A stretch of 64,000 bases of DNA from Octopus vulgaris (taxonomy: Eukaryota): positions 43,524,001-43,588,000 of the forward strand of contig OX597815.1 in NCBI GenBank assembly GCA_951406725.2. The letters run 5' to 3'. Made by a program: the position numbers and the translations under genes. Of this stretch, positions 44,706 to 58,915 are shown one piece after another; position 1 is the stretch's first letter, and each line of letters opens with the position of its first letter. Below the pieces are notes generated by a model. That model searched no databases. It saw nothing but the letters and a program-made list of their open reading frames with translations, and was not told the DNA's origin.

Positions 44706-44940
44706 ATTATTAACCTTTGACCTATGTCATCAAATAGCGCTTTACTAGTACAGTTTGAAATTATTGATAATTTTCTAGAATAGAATAAATGAGAGGAGTC
44801 ACTGATCCGATCATAGCTCTTTTTAAGTTAAACACTGAAACCAGTTATGCTTCAATCACAATATTTCTATGCAGCTATCTCTAACTAAATACTTCTCGGG
44901 GCATCAGCTTTATGTATTTTCATAATTTGTTTAGATGCGT

Positions 44941-45262
44941 GAAGGCACGTGGCTTCGTGGTTATAGTATTCAGCTCATGATGTGAGTTCAATTCCGGGCG
45001 ATGCGTTTTGCCCTTGAGCAAAACACTTTATTTCACGTTGCTCTAGTCCACTCAGCTGCCAAAAATGAAAAGTACCTGTATTTCAAAGGGCCAGCTATGG
45101 TATATTGTGTGTCACGCTGAATCTCCCTGAGAACTATGTTAAGGGTACATGTATCTGTGGAGTGTTCAGCCACTCACACGCTACTTCCACGAGCAATCTG
45201 TTCCTTTGGTTCCTTTGGTCGGATCGACTAGAACTGTCATCGTTGTAACAGACGGAGTACCA
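44941..45262 (+). mobile_element. Chimeric SINE: family D head/core plus family B tail 1
   Basis: 5' part matches 24250-24380. The 3' part from GTATTTCAAAGGGCC matches 9460-9635. Confidence 0.75.
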
Positions 45263-45709
45263 GTTAATTTAGTTGCATTGTCGAACTGAAATTTGTTCAT
45301 AGACTTGTATATTAATGGCGATCCAATGTATTATTTTTAAAATTCAATAAATATTTGATATTTTCACTTGTTCTCCTGTGATACAATGCATTATGGGACA
45401 GTGTACAGTAATAAATGAAATCATTTCATAAATTTTGACACTAAAAAAATTTATGAGAATGAAAATAAATATTCAACTCAAAAAACACCCAAATGATGAT
45501 TTCATAAGACGCTTCGAATTATAGAGATGACGTTATCTATAGTAATAAAAGTGAAATTCTGTCTGTCAAACTGAGACCACTGTATCTCAGTCTACATTTG
45601 TTACTCGTTCTCCAGTCAATAGTTAGCTTAGCTTACCGATCCGTGAATGGAAATAACCTTTTCGTTCGATTTGAAAGTTGTGGAAGTGCGCTGCACCACG
45701 ACGTTTTGG

Positions 45710-45806
<97 letters not shown>

Positions 45807-45885
45807 ATTTGTATCTGTATCTTTATCTATCTCTATATATAAATTTACATATATATATATACATACATACTATATATACATATAT

Positions 45886-46044
<159 letters not shown>

Positions 46045-46131
46045 TGGAATATTAAGTTAGGAACGTGGTAGAGTACGGAGGTAATGCCTTTGAAGTCAAC
46101 GATTTTAAACTAACGGAGACAACACTCACAT

Positions 46132-46237
46132 ATCGCCTGAGGAAACACAACTAGATCTCATTATGCAAACAAACAGCTGCGTAATCAAGTACCTGTATTC
46201 TTGGAGAACTACGTTGCGTCGAAACAACTGTAGCGAT
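46132..46237 (+). ncRNA. Type I hammerhead fold with an extended stem II
   Basis: ATCGC-CTGAGGA-AACACAACTAGATCTC...GAGAACTACGTTGCGTC-GAAAC-AACT-GTA-GCGAT. Confidence 0.65.
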
Positions 46238-46290
46238 TAAAAAATAACAGTCCAACCGTACACTTTCTTGTTGACTCCAATTTCTTCAAT

Positions 46291-46332
<42 letters not shown>

Positions 46333-46769
46333 GTCTGTACATTTGGAAACACTAATTCGAGAATGAAAAATTGATATCAAGATTTTTAAAACTTCGTGTT
46401 TACATTACAAGTATAACTGTTAATTCATAGTTTATCAACATTCTTAACGTTCATCTCCATCTAACATCGAATTAGTGTGGGACAGCGGAATACGTTGGGC
46501 AAATGTATTTATTTGTGCATTTATGTATATATGCATATATAAAAATGTGTGTGTTTTGTGTGAAAAAGAGAGAGAAAGAGAGAGTGTGTGTGTGTGTGAG
46601 TGAAAGAGAGAGAGAGAGAGAGAAATGAGCGAGTGTGTGTGTGTACAAGTATGTATCTGTGTATGCAGGGATATGTATGTATGTTGGGGTTTGTGTCTAT
46701 GTATGCATTTGCGTGCATGTATGCAAGTATGAATATGGACATGTGTGTGTATGTGCGTGTGTGTGTGTA

Positions 46770-46818
<49 letters not shown>

Positions 46819-47391
46819 ATTTATGTATAATTGGGGTGTTGCACTTATTTCGAGCGTGCAATATTGAGTATCAAGTAAAATATTTTTCCTTATCAAATCT
46901 CAGCGATAATATCAAGTTTAGTATCAAAACAAAGCCTACGAAAGAATTCGGAAGATACTTGCGCTTCGAATTCAAAAGCACCCTAACTTCGCCGAGTAAA
47001 AGAGATCCTATGATATAGAAGTGAATTCAGTGAAGAAATATCAAAAGGGATCTACAGAACACGTTAGCTCTGTTCATATTTTCTTAGCCTTATAAATCTA
47101 TTTTTAATTCAATTTTATTTATTTTTTTTTGTGGGTTTTTTTTCTTTTTTAGAAATCTACCTACTAGACGAAACTAAAATATGGATATAGCCGCAGGGGT
47201 GGTAAGAAGGTGGTTTTGTGGTAAGAAGCTTGTTTCCCAATCACATGGTTCTGTGGTTCAATCCCACTGCGTGGCACCTTAGGCAAGTGTCTTCTACTAC
47301 AGCTTGGGACCGACCAAAGCCTTGTGAGCGGATTTGGTAGACAGTAGCTGAAAGAAGCCGGTCGTATATATGTATATGCATGCGCGCGAGC

Positions 47392-47436
<45 letters not shown>

Positions 47437-48350
47437 CATATATATGCGAATGGGTTTTTTATTACGGCGCCGTGATTTACAATCCTGTAAATAATACTAA
47501 TGGTATTTTTTATATAAGCTTAAAGCTTATGGCGATCCCCGTGTATTGACAAAGGAAAATAGTCTAATAAAGAGGCATATAAGCCCTTGACAGAAAAAAG
47601 AAGGCTTTCCTATCATCCGCTTGACAACCGGTAACTTAGAGGTTCGGCAAAAGCACCGATAGAATAAGTACCGATGTTAAAAAAAAGCCCAGGGGTTAAT
47701 TTGTTCGACTAAAATCCTTCAAGGCGGTGCTCCAGCGTGGCCGGAGACAATGACTGAAACAAGCAAAAGATAAAAGATAAACGATAGATATAACAATGCA
47801 TGAGAGTCACAATATAAAAGAGAGAGAGAGAGAGAGAGAAAGAAAAACATATATGTAAGACCGTGTCTTATCTATAAAGTTAAAAAAACAAAAGAATCTA
47901 TAGAAATTCATAATAATTAGAATCTGTCATGCGCTAGTCTCGTGAAAAATAAATAGAATTAATTTATTAACCCGTGAAGCATGTTCTAAAACATATTTGC
48001 TCAATGATATGTATTCAACTCAGTAATTCCATTGTATAATGCTTTTGAAATGATTTGGTATTGCATACCATTTCTTTTTAATGATAAGCAACGGGTACAC
48101 CCACATAAACCTCTCTGTCTCTATCTGTCTGTCTGTTTGTCTGTCTCTTTTTATGTGTGTGTGTGTGTGTGTGTGAGTATAGGTGTATGCATGTTTATGA
48201 TCATGTTTACGATCTTAAAATCTCATGTAGTTCTGTTGTGCTCTTTCCTGTCTCTTAAGCTTGCGGTTCGATAATTAGACATAAATAAAATAAGTACAAG
48301 TATAAGACAACAATTAGTGTCAGTATGATCGACTATATCTAATACGGCAG

Positions 48351-48583
48351 AAAGCGGCGAGCTGGCAGAAACGTTAGCACGCTGGGCAAAATGCGTAGCC
48401 GTATTTCGTCTGCCGTTACGTTCTGGGTTCAAATTCTGCCGAGGTCGACTTTGCCTTTCATCCTTTCGGGGTCGATAAATTAAGTACCAGTTACGCACTG
48501 GAGTCGATATAATCGACTTTATCCCTTTGTCTGTCCTTGTTTGTCCTTTCTATGTTTAGCCCCTTGTGGGCAATAAAGAAATA
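48351..48583 (+). mobile_element. SINE family A monomer (tail A) with a perfect 17-bp TSD
   Basis: TATATCTAATACGGCAG at 48334-48350 and 48584-48600. Confidence 0.92.
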
Positions 48584-48743
48584 TATATCTAATACGGCAG
48601 TACCCCATTATGTATACATTTAAGTGACTATAATCAGTAAAAGGAAGAAAACGATGAAACAATGTGTATGTATGTATGTATGTATGTATGTATGTATGTA
48701 TGTATGTATGCATGCATGCATGCATGCATGCATGCATGCATAC

Positions 48744-48945
48744 CACGTGTGTAATGTTGGCGATTTTCTTTCTCCGATTTCCCTTCCTTAGACCTTTTCT
48801 TTTTCTATGTTTCTGACGAAGAGCTCCGCTCGAAACGTTAAATATTCATGCTTTCTTTCCTTTCCTGAGCGTCCAATAACACTATACTTGTTCCACGTCC
48901 TGGCGTTGTTGTGTTTTCTCTTTGTTCGTGTTTGGATTAACTATG
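48744..48945 (+). mobile_element. Penelope-like terminal-repeat remnant
   Basis: Carries the hammerhead at 48807-48845. Related copies at 17145-17347(-) and 49683-49802(-). Confidence 0.6.
48807..48845 (+). ncRNA. Minimal hammerhead with canonical core
   Basis: ATGTTT-CTGACGA-A-GAGC-tcc-GCTC-GAAAC-GTT-AAATAT. Stem III lies in the palindrome AACGTT. Confidence 0.7.
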
Positions 48946-49097
48946 TATGTATGCATGTATGTATGTGTGTATGTATGTCTCCTGTCTCTTTTAAATTTAG
49001 AGTAAATTTTAACTGGCCATCAACTTGGTGGCAAGGTTGTGAAGGAATAATTCATGATATAACCGTCATCCGTTAAATCCTAAGGTCTTACAGATTT

Positions 49098-49176
49098 TTT
49101 TCAAGCCCCAGATGTCGTGATCATCCTTTCAAGCCCCAGATGTCGTGATCATCTTTTCAAGCCCCAGATGTCGTGA
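49098..49176. repeat. 28-bp tandem repeat, ~3 copies
   Basis: TTTCAAGCCCCAGATGTCGTGATCATCC repeated with no spacers. Confidence 0.9.
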
Positions 49177-49189
49177 AGCTTATGAATGA

Positions 49190-49345
49190 ATTAAGTATTT
49201 GCATTCTGTCCCTATGATTCCAAGTTCAGCCATGCTTTGCTCCAGACGGGTTGGTATGTATCCTGTTGCTCTAATAATGTTGAGTATGAAGCTGAAAGTG
49301 TATCTTGGGCATTGGATTTGCAAACTCCTTATCTATGATCTCTTG
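49190..49345 (-). pseudogene. Decayed C-terminus of another RLE-type LINE
   Basis: IRSLQIQCPRYTFSFILNIIRATGYIPTRLEQSMAELG resembles the RLE ending IPIIIGALG...L..LG. Confidence 0.4.
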
Positions 49346-49423
49346 TACTCTTTTACACTTTTACTTGTTTCAGTCATCTGAGAAAAAAAACCTAACGTTC
49401 ATTGTAAATTTTGCTTCCCCACC

Positions 49424-49487
<64 letters not shown>

Positions 49488-49592
49488 ATTCTCTAAAAGA
49501 GATATAGACAGTAACTGCTCGATAACATAGGGACTAAGCCATCTGAATAGGCTAGGGACAGGCAGGTGGTGGGGTTTACTGTTGCATTTAGC

Positions 49593-49682
49593 CCAGGCGA
49601 ACATCGACGTCACCAGAAAGGCCCGACATCGTCACGACCGTGACGGTGTCGGGCCTTTCTGGTGACGTCGATGTTCGCCTGG
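49593..49682. repeat. 90-nt GC-rich near-perfect palindrome
   Basis: 44-nt arms, 2-nt loop, one G-T mismatch. Confidence 0.95.
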
Positions 49683-50407
49683 CAAATTAATCCAAACATG
49701 AAAGCAAAAAAAAAACACAACAACGCGAGGACGTGGAACAAATATAGTATTATTGGACGCTCAGGAAAGAAAGAAAGAAGAGGGGTTTAACGTTTCAAGC
49801 GTTAAAAAAAGCTTTTGTTTGCGGAATTGAAAAGGAGAAATATTAATGAAACAAAGAAGAAAGTACAAAGGTAGAAAAACGAATAGGAACAATTAACAAA
49901 TGTTAGATACGATTTCAAGTAAAAGCAACATACAAACGAAATCTGGTTCGTTGTTGCATCGTTAAGCTTTACTACTACGTTATTGAAACAGAGAAAAAAA
50001 GTGTAGTCTACATGTTCTGGCCATCTGCTTCGTTTATGGTTAATTAAACGGGGTTAAAGAGCAAAGGTTTCAGATTAGTTTCACTTGCTGTCAAGCTATA
50101 AATATTATGGCAGCGGAGGTTGGTAACGGTGTTGCTGTACTTGTAGCGTGATTGTGTATGGCGGTAGAGGCGGGGGTGACCGGTGGGAAAGGTAAGGGGA
50201 AAGGGATGGAGGGGTTGAAAGAGAAGTTGTGTTTGCAAATGTTGGAATAGGTCGAAATCGTAATAGTTACAAAAAAATCCATTTCTCCCTTTTCTCTCCT
50301 CTCTTTGTTTCTACATCGCTCCCAGTCTCTCTCTCTCTCCCCATCCTGCTTTTAGTCAGTAGCGCTGCTGTGGAATGGATAAATAAGCACGCCTAATGAA
50401 TACCATG

Positions 50408-50719
50408 TGGAGGGGCAATGACCTGGTGGTTAGGGCAGCGGACTCGCGGTCGGAGGATCACGGTTTCGATTCCCAGACCGGGCGTTATGTGTGTTTATTG
50501 AGCAAAAACACCTAAAGTTCCACGAGGCTCCGGCAGGGGGTGGTGGCGACCCCTGTTGTACTCTTTCGCCCCAACTTTCTCTCACTCTTTCTTCTTGTTT
50601 CTTGAGTAACGCTGCGATTGACTGGCGTCCCGTTCAGCTGGGGGGGGGGCACATACGCCATAGAAACCGGGAAACCGGGCCCATGAGCCTAGCTAGGCTT
50701 GAAAAGGGCGCATGAAAAG
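50408..50719 (+). mobile_element. SINE family B head with tail 2
   Basis: A and B boxes present. Near-perfect TSD AATGAATRCCAT at 50395-50406 and 50720-50731. Confidence 0.88.
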
Positions 50720-51069
50720 AATGAATGCCATCACAAAACTAAACCATACAAAATGAATTGGTGGCGAGTGAAGGGTAGAAGTAGAAGGCACTAACGAAGA
50801 AAAATGAAATAAAATAATCTAGAAGACCAGAGAGCATCCAATTCCCCCAGCTCAAACTATATTAGGTCGAGGTTAACAACCAATTTAAGAAGCTTTCTAG
50901 CTGCTATGTTTATTTCAGCTAAAGTCAAAATTCGCCCAAAATTTAGCCAATTATATTGTTAATTTTTTTAAGAGCTTAGATATAGTTATTCATAATATGC
51001 AAAAAACAAAACAATATGTCTTACATTCAAGAAGTTTCTTGACTATCGCTCTAAATATCCATTTGAGGA

Positions 51070-51955
51070 TGATGAACGCAGCCCCCATGTTTCCTGGGGT
51101 GAATTATTCAAATGAATTCCTCCTAAAGAATTCAAACGAATTCTTCCAAGGAATTCCTCTCAACACATGTCTATGATGCTCCCTTGCTACTTCTGCTTGT
51201 GATCAGAAATGCACATGTCGTGAGCGACTAAGGAACATGCTCAACTGGTTTAAGGTCAAACAGCTGATGAGCAAATCTGTAGTATTAAGCAGAATATTTG
51301 TTGTAGCCCATCTTTACATACCAAGACAAAACATATACATGATAACACTTCCAGTCAGCCAATATCAAAGACCATGAGAGTCACTGCCTCGTACTGCATC
51401 AGGACATTTATTATTATTATTATTATTGAGTGAGAGAGCAGCGCAAGCCATTAAAGTGACACTGGGGTAAAATATACGAAGCCCAGTATACCCATCATGA
51501 CTACCCGTCTGATAAGGGTACACCAGGCACATGCATCACAACCATATGTGCACGACATGATTTCATATCAAGATAAACAGCACATGACCTTGCAGGTGGG
51601 GCCTAGTTAAAATTTTCTTCTGTTCGAGTAACCCATTCTGCTCAAAAGGTCCCTGAATAAGGGTTGTTTAAGAATGTTGAACGAAACACCCATGTTTCCA
51701 GAGGTGAATTATTCAAACCCCAAAGAATCCCTCTCAACACATGACTATGATGCTCCCCACTACTTCTGCTCGTGATCAGAGATGCACCTACCATCAGCCA
51801 CTAAGGGACATGCTCAACTGGTTAAGGTCAAACAACTGACAAACAAATCTGTGGTATTGAGCAGAATATTTGCTGTAGCCCATCTTTTATACCAAGACAA
51901 AACAATGTACATGATAACACTTTCAATCAGTTAAGATCAGAAGCCATGAGAGCCA
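51070..51955 (-). mobile_element. Two tandem copies of the ~550-bp TAA-flanked element (partial 51070-51407; near full 51428-51955)
   Basis: Reverse complements of 35846-36393, separated by a (TTA)n tract and bordered by another on the right. Confidence 0.85.
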
Positions 51956-52004
51956 ATTGTTATTCTTCTTCTTCTTCTTCTTATTATTATTATTATTATT
52001 ATCA

Positions 52005-52125
<121 letters not shown>

Positions 52126-53046
52126 CTCGGTATTAACCTGATTCACAGTATGGAAAACACTGTATAGTAAACACCTGCTGTATATTTTATATGCAATATT
52201 CACAACTTGAAGATGTATGTGTATCACCACTGCAAGGGGATTTTCTTGCGTTTATTTAAAGATCATTTAAACAAATTATTTACACCATAACACCCGTTTC
52301 TTGCCATATACTCTCACCAGAAAAAAAAAAAAACAAGCATGAGGAACAAAGACGTCGTTTTTTTAATATATCTTTTGACTATAGACGCCAGGCCTGGAAT
52401 TTGGCGGAAGATAGCTAATCGATTACATCGAACATAGAGCTCAACTAATATTTTAAAGACCTCAAAGGGTGTAAGGCAAAGTTCACCTCAATGAAATTTG
52501 AGCTCAGAATGTAAGGACGGACTAAGTGCTGCTGAGCATTTTGTCCGGTGTGTTAACGATTCTCCCAGCTCACCACCTTTGTCTACTTTTGAATATTACA
52601 ACCAACACCAGACAATTACTACCGTCTCAATTTTCTTTTTTTCTTTATATTCTTTTATTTTTTATTTTTTATTATATCCTTTTTTTCCGTGGTTTCTAAT
52701 TATAGTTGTAAATTTACACAGCTTCTGTTCAGGTGTCGACTTACCGTTTTTAATCAAAAGCTACTTTCCTTCATAAGACAGCTTACAAAATTCTTTAAGA
52801 CATCTATTCTACTGACAATATTTGAAAGGGTTAACTTTTGAAATACAATACATATTACAATCACCAGAAACAAACGATGTTACTTAGCGAACACAAGTAA
52901 TCGACATATCTGAAGCAAAACAGAACGAAACTATTCAAAGAGAAGAGTAATTTTCAGACGTGTTGATGGATTATGTCTGTTCACAAGTGCACATTCAATC
53001 CTGCAGTGGAAGTTAGGCATTGTACTGCCTTTATGTAATATATATA

Positions 53047-53260
53047 TTGGGTCATCCCATAAATAATGCAGTTTTTTAAATACTTATTTTATCTTTAAAA
53101 ATTAAGATAAAATATACTCTCCTTCAATTTTCTAAAATGCTCTTTCTTCTATCCGGTAGACTTGCAAGACCCCCCTTCCAAAATTCACTTGTCCGTGACG
53201 AAAAATACTCCTCCAGTACTATTCTAACCTCGTTAACAGAATTCATATTTTTTCCGTTTC
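53047..53260 (-). mobile_element. mariner 3' end
   Basis: NSVNEVRIVLEEYFSSRTSEFWKGGLASLPDR...EGEYI, with TIR TA-TTGGGTCATCCCATAAATAATGCAG. Confidence 0.75.
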
Positions 53261-53390
53261 CATGTAAATAGTGTGCTATAAAACCCTTTTGGTCAACCTT
53301 CGAATTTGTTTATTCAAAAGGTGTTTTTCAACCGAATACTGATATGCTGTTACGTACGTACATACATACATATATACATACATACATACA

Positions 53391-53421
<31 letters not shown>

Positions 53422-53722
53422 TAATATGTGTATGTATGTATATATATGTATATATGTGTGTAAATATATATAAATATTTACATACGGAGAGAGTGAGAGA
53501 GAGAGAGAAAGACAGAAAGACAGACAGACCAATAGAGAGATGTATGTTTTACTAGTTTCAGTCATTGGACTGCGGCCATGCTGAGGCGCCGTCTTGAAGG
53601 GTTTAGTCGAACAAATTGACCCAGTACTTACTATTTAAGCCTGGTATTTATTCTGTCGGTATCTAACTATTAAGTTATGTGGACGCAAACGAACTAGCGG
53701 TGGGTGTAGGAACAAACAAGCA

Positions 53723-53777
<55 letters not shown>

Positions 53778-54714
53778 GGCTTTCCAATAGTTTCCGTAAA
53801 CCAAACTCACCCACAAGGTTCGGGTGACCCAGGGCTAATAACAGAGGACACTTGCTCTCAAAGAAAAGATACTTATCCATAGATATATAAACAGCTGTCA
53901 CGCGTCAACGAGTATATTTTGCTCTTAGTGTGCGGCATGTTTCTTGACTCTCATAAGCTTGTTCTAGCTAAGCAACAAGGAGGTAGCAGCTGCAAAGTGA
54001 GGGATCAGTAGTGCACCGGGATTGTATTTCGTTTACTAACCCTGAAAGAGTGTAAAGTAAATTTTACCTCGGCGTCATTTGAGCTGATGGCTCAGAGACC
54101 GAGAGAAAATAGCAGAACGTTCTCTCACTGACACACCAACAAATCAACCTCTATGCGCGCGCGTGTGTTAAAAACGGCATGCCAAGGGAATTTGTTCCAG
54201 GAGCAATTGTTTATCTCTAGTTTCATGTTAGTAAGCGTTGCTAACATTCTAGATTATTTTCATAATAGTGGGTTTGCAAACATCGTATTTCTGTGTAAAA
54301 CACATTGCAATCGATAATAGCTTTAATTGGATCAGCAGGTGATATATATATAGAAACCATTATTATACGCCCTAGAAAGGGGCTAAGTGTTAGTCAAATG
54401 TTATACAGTCAAATAAATGTGTCAAGTTATTGATTTGTTTTTTTTTTTTTTTGGCCATGTATATAAAAAACGTCTTTTTTTTTCTTCTCAGATCAAACGA
54501 TTCATTGCTGACTGAAAATGATTTACATTTAAAATCTTTCTTTTTTTTTTTTACTTTTAGCAACTTGTAGAGTTTACTTGAACAATATGACAATTTGCTA
54601 GATAAAATTTATAATTGCTAACGAAAAGAAAGAAAATTGCATAAATAGTGAAATAGGTAAAAATAATGGAGTGGGGGGTAATCTTTAAAGTAAATTCGAA
54701 ATGCTCCAAAATAT

Positions 54715-54911
54715 GGGTGCGTGGTAAGAAGCTTGCTTCCTAGCCACAAAGTTCCAAGTTCAATCCCTCTGTGTGAAACCTTGGGCAAGTGTCTTCTACT
54801 AAAGCCTCGGTCGACCAAAGCCTTGCGAATGGATTTGGTACGCGGAAATATAAAGAACCTTGTCGTGTATATATATATGTATATGTATGTGTATATATAT
54901 ATGTAAATATA

Positions 54912-54987
<76 letters not shown>

Positions 54988-55340
54988 TATATTATATTAA
55001 ATTAGAGATAAAACCACTATAAGGCAAATCAAACAATGAAAAACATAAGCCAATACATAAAATTAATTTAATTTATATTATTTTAAATATATATCAAAAG
55101 TATATATTTGTGTGTATGTTTTTGTGTCTGTGTTTGTCCCTCCACCTCACCATAACTTGACCACTGATGTTGGTGTGTTTATGTCCCCGTAACTTAGCTG
55201 TTCGGAAAATGTGGCCGACAGAATAAATACTAGGCTTACAAACAATAGGTCCTGGGTTCAATTTCTTCGGTTAAAAAGCCTTCAAAGGCGGTGCTCCAGC
55301 TTGGTCGCAATAAAATGACTGAAAAAGTAAAAGAATAAAG
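54715..55340 (+). mobile_element. SINE family C with expanded/interrupted central microsatellite
   Basis: 5' half at 54715-54870 and 3' half at 55120-55340. Confidence 0.8.
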
Positions 55341-55653
55341 AATAAATTCAAGTCTACATTCAGTTCTATGTTGTATAGCAACAACACGTTGATCTGTGTT
55401 TTGTTTGACAGAGAAACAGATGTACAAGTTTCTTTTGTGAATGCTTGCGTTGAATAAAGAAATTGTAGCCTAATCGTTTATTGATCAACAAATTACGAAA
55501 TTAGTATTCTAATTACGTGTATATGTGTATGTCTCTACACATAAATATACATTTGAAAGTATCAAAATAGATGTGTGTGTGTGTGTGTACATGTATTCAC
55601 GCACAGACACTTATACATACATACATACATACATACATACATACATACATACA

Positions 55654-55686
<33 letters not shown>

Positions 55687-55767
55687 GTCATGTTTGCTGA
55701 CGATGTGGGGTTTGATATTTACTGTCTATGGGGTTCTTTTTCACCCAATATTTACACGCTATCAATT

Positions 55768-56390
55768 AAACTGGACAACAAAAATATTTTTTTGTCTGGT
55801 GCCTTAAATATTTCAACGAATTCTTAAGTGATTTTACCTGCTAAAATTTTTAAAATAACTTCAGCTTTTCTCTATCAGATCTAGTTTTGTGACTAAACCT
55901 GATAGAGTAAGTGTTTTATTCATACAAGAGGCATATAGTATGATTCAATAAAGAAAGCCAAACGCAAAACAAAACGAAGTACAAATAAAAATTCAGAACT
56001 GAAAATGCACATTGGTTAAGATTTTTGGCAGAAAATTCAAGCAATAAATTTGCGCTTCTTAGTGTACCATGAATGTTGAGCAACAGGTGTACCTATTTTA
56101 AACACCAGCAATAGTCTGCGATCATCACAGCGTCCCAACGTCCTTGGTACCGAGTTTCCATCCCCTTGATGCCCCGATGGAATCGCTCGCTTTGTTCATC
56201 GCTAACATCTCCGAGATTTTCAGGAAAAAAAATCAAGATGATTAAAAAGATAATGCGTTTTGATGCTCATATTCGTGCCAATATCACGAAAAGTTGATAT
56301 CAAGTTGGTAACAAGGTCTTTATAGTTTTCACTTATGTGTTTCCCAAGTAAATTTTGCACTCCTTCTGCAAAGGTTAGCCAAAATTTGTG
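55768..56390 (-). pseudogene. Chapaev3-type (CMC) transposase C-terminal fragment and terminal region
   Basis: NLLGKHISENYKDLVTNL...NMSIKTHYLFNHLDFFPENLGDVSDEQSERFHRGIKGMETRYQGRWDAVMIADYCWCLK. Family name assigned from recall of this motif. Confidence 0.75.
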
Positions 56391-56574
56391 TTTGTGTGTG
56401 TGTGTGTGTATGATTAATACACAAAGACTCAGGTCTCAGGGCACTGCAACTTAGGGCAGAAACAGCTGTAAGCCAATGAAGGTGCTGACGTAATTCCTGT
56501 TCCTTTGTCATGTTTTAAATTTTGTGTGTGCGCGCGTGTGTGTGTGTGTATTTGTGTATGTGTGTGTGTGTGTA

Positions 56575-56619
<45 letters not shown>

Positions 56620-56892
56620 TTGTAATATCGTTGTAGGATGAAGCGAGATTGGTTGAGAGGCAGAAGTGCGAGAATGGAAACACTAATATATAATTTTTGA
56701 GGAGAAACAAAGAGAAAAATGAATGTATTACATTATTGAAACAATTTTTGTAAAATCTGTATTGATGATACGTAAAAGTTATATTCATTACACCTAACAA
56801 ATATTTAGATTAATTAAAATCATAATTAAAACGCTTGCACATCCACATCTCATTTGAATGTGAGAAACAATGCAATAAATTATAGAATTATG

Positions 56893-57605
56893 TGGCGAGC
56901 TAGCAGTATGCCGGGCAAAGGCTTAAGCGGCATTTCGCCCTTCTTTACATTCTGAGTTCAAATTCCCACTTAATCGACTTAATCCGTTTGTCTGTCTTTG
57001 TTTGTTTCCTCTGTGTTTAGCCCCTTGTGGGCAGTAAAGAAATAGGTATTTCGTCTGCCGCTACGTTCTGAGTTCAAATTCCGCCAATATCGACTTTATC
57101 TTTCATCCTTTCGAGACCGATGAAATAATACCAGTTGAATACTGAGGTCGAACTTGTTGGCCTTGTGCCAAAATTTGAAACCATCATTTCAGTTTTTTAT
57201 AAAGGCGATGACCTGCAGAATCGTTAGCAGCCGGACATAGCGGCATTTCGCCCTTCTTTACGTTCTGAATTCAAATTCCGCCGAGGTCGACTTTATCTTT
57301 CATCCTTTCAAAACCGACGAAATAATACCAGTTGAATACTGAGGTCGAACTTGTTGGCCTTGTGCCAAAATTTGAAACCATCATTTCAGTTTTATATAAA
57401 AGCGATGACCTGCAGAATCGTTAGCAGCCGGACATAGCGGCATTTCGCCCTTCTTTACGTTCTGAATTCAAATTCCGCCGAGGTCGACTTTATCTTTCAT
57501 CCTTTCAAAACCGATGAAATAATATCAGTTGAATACTGAGATCGATGAAATTTTGACTTCCGCCATTCCTCGAAGTGGCTGTGCTTGTGCCAAAATTTGA
57601 AATGA
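56893..57605 (+). mobile_element. Tandem cluster of SINE family A units, including a recent ~180-bp duplication
   Basis: ~57060-57240, ~57260-57440 and ~57440-57545 are near-identical. Confidence 0.8.
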
Positions 57606-57834
57606 CTGTATTACAGCATTTATTTTTTTATCCTATATCTTAAGTCACCCACCTGTTATACGATATTTACATGGATTGGACACGAAATTACAGTATTGCA
57701 ATGTTAAGGCATTAAATTGTTATTGGATATGCCATGCCACTGAATTGTATCTGTCCAAGCTAGAAGTAGTATGAGACCAAATGCTTATAATTTAATGATG
57801 CAAAAATATATTCTTAAAAAAAAAAAAAAGAAAT

Positions 57835-58150
57835 ATGACATGTGACTCCATTGACCGAGGTTACCGTGGTCTTTTCCGTAGGCTTTTCTTTCCACGGGTA
57901 AACCTCACCTGTCCTCCCCTTTACACTTCATATTGACATTTCTGTGATAACGATCCCTATTGATCAAATTTTTTTTCCTCTCCCCCTTTTTTTTAAGCCC
58001 CCTTTTTTTTGTCCTCTTTCTCTCCTTTTACGATCCCTTTTGATCGAAACTCCCCCTTCCTTTTTTTTTTTTTTTTAAACCTTCAAAAGAAAAGCTCTAC
58101 CTTGTAATTTGTTCTATCTGTGTGCAGCCCTGTGTGGCTAATAAAGAAAC
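57835..58150 (+). mobile_element. 3' end of a Tx1/L1-like element followed by (TATC)n
   Basis: Homologous to 3752-4030(-). Ends GTGTGGCTAATAAAGAAACATATCTATC. Confidence 0.7.
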
Positions 58151-58151
58151 A

Positions 58152-58198
<47 letters not shown>

Positions 58199-58369
58199 AT
58201 AGCTATGTATCTATCTATCTGTATATATATATATACATATATATATATTTATCTATCTATCTATTTATCTATCTGTCTGTATGTCTATCCACTCCAACTA
58301 ACGGCGTTATTCTGTTATCTTAGCAAACTATATATACACAGATGCAAACACGCACATACATATAGTGCT

Positions 58370-58915
<546 letters not shown>

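Noticed and set aside
49098-49176. 28-bp repeats resembling CRISPR direct repeats
   Set aside because: Head-to-tail tandem with no spacers.
50044-50282. Possible GIY-YIG endonuclease remnant
   Set aside because: Only a vague resemblance (RCHNIYSL), with no second motif found.
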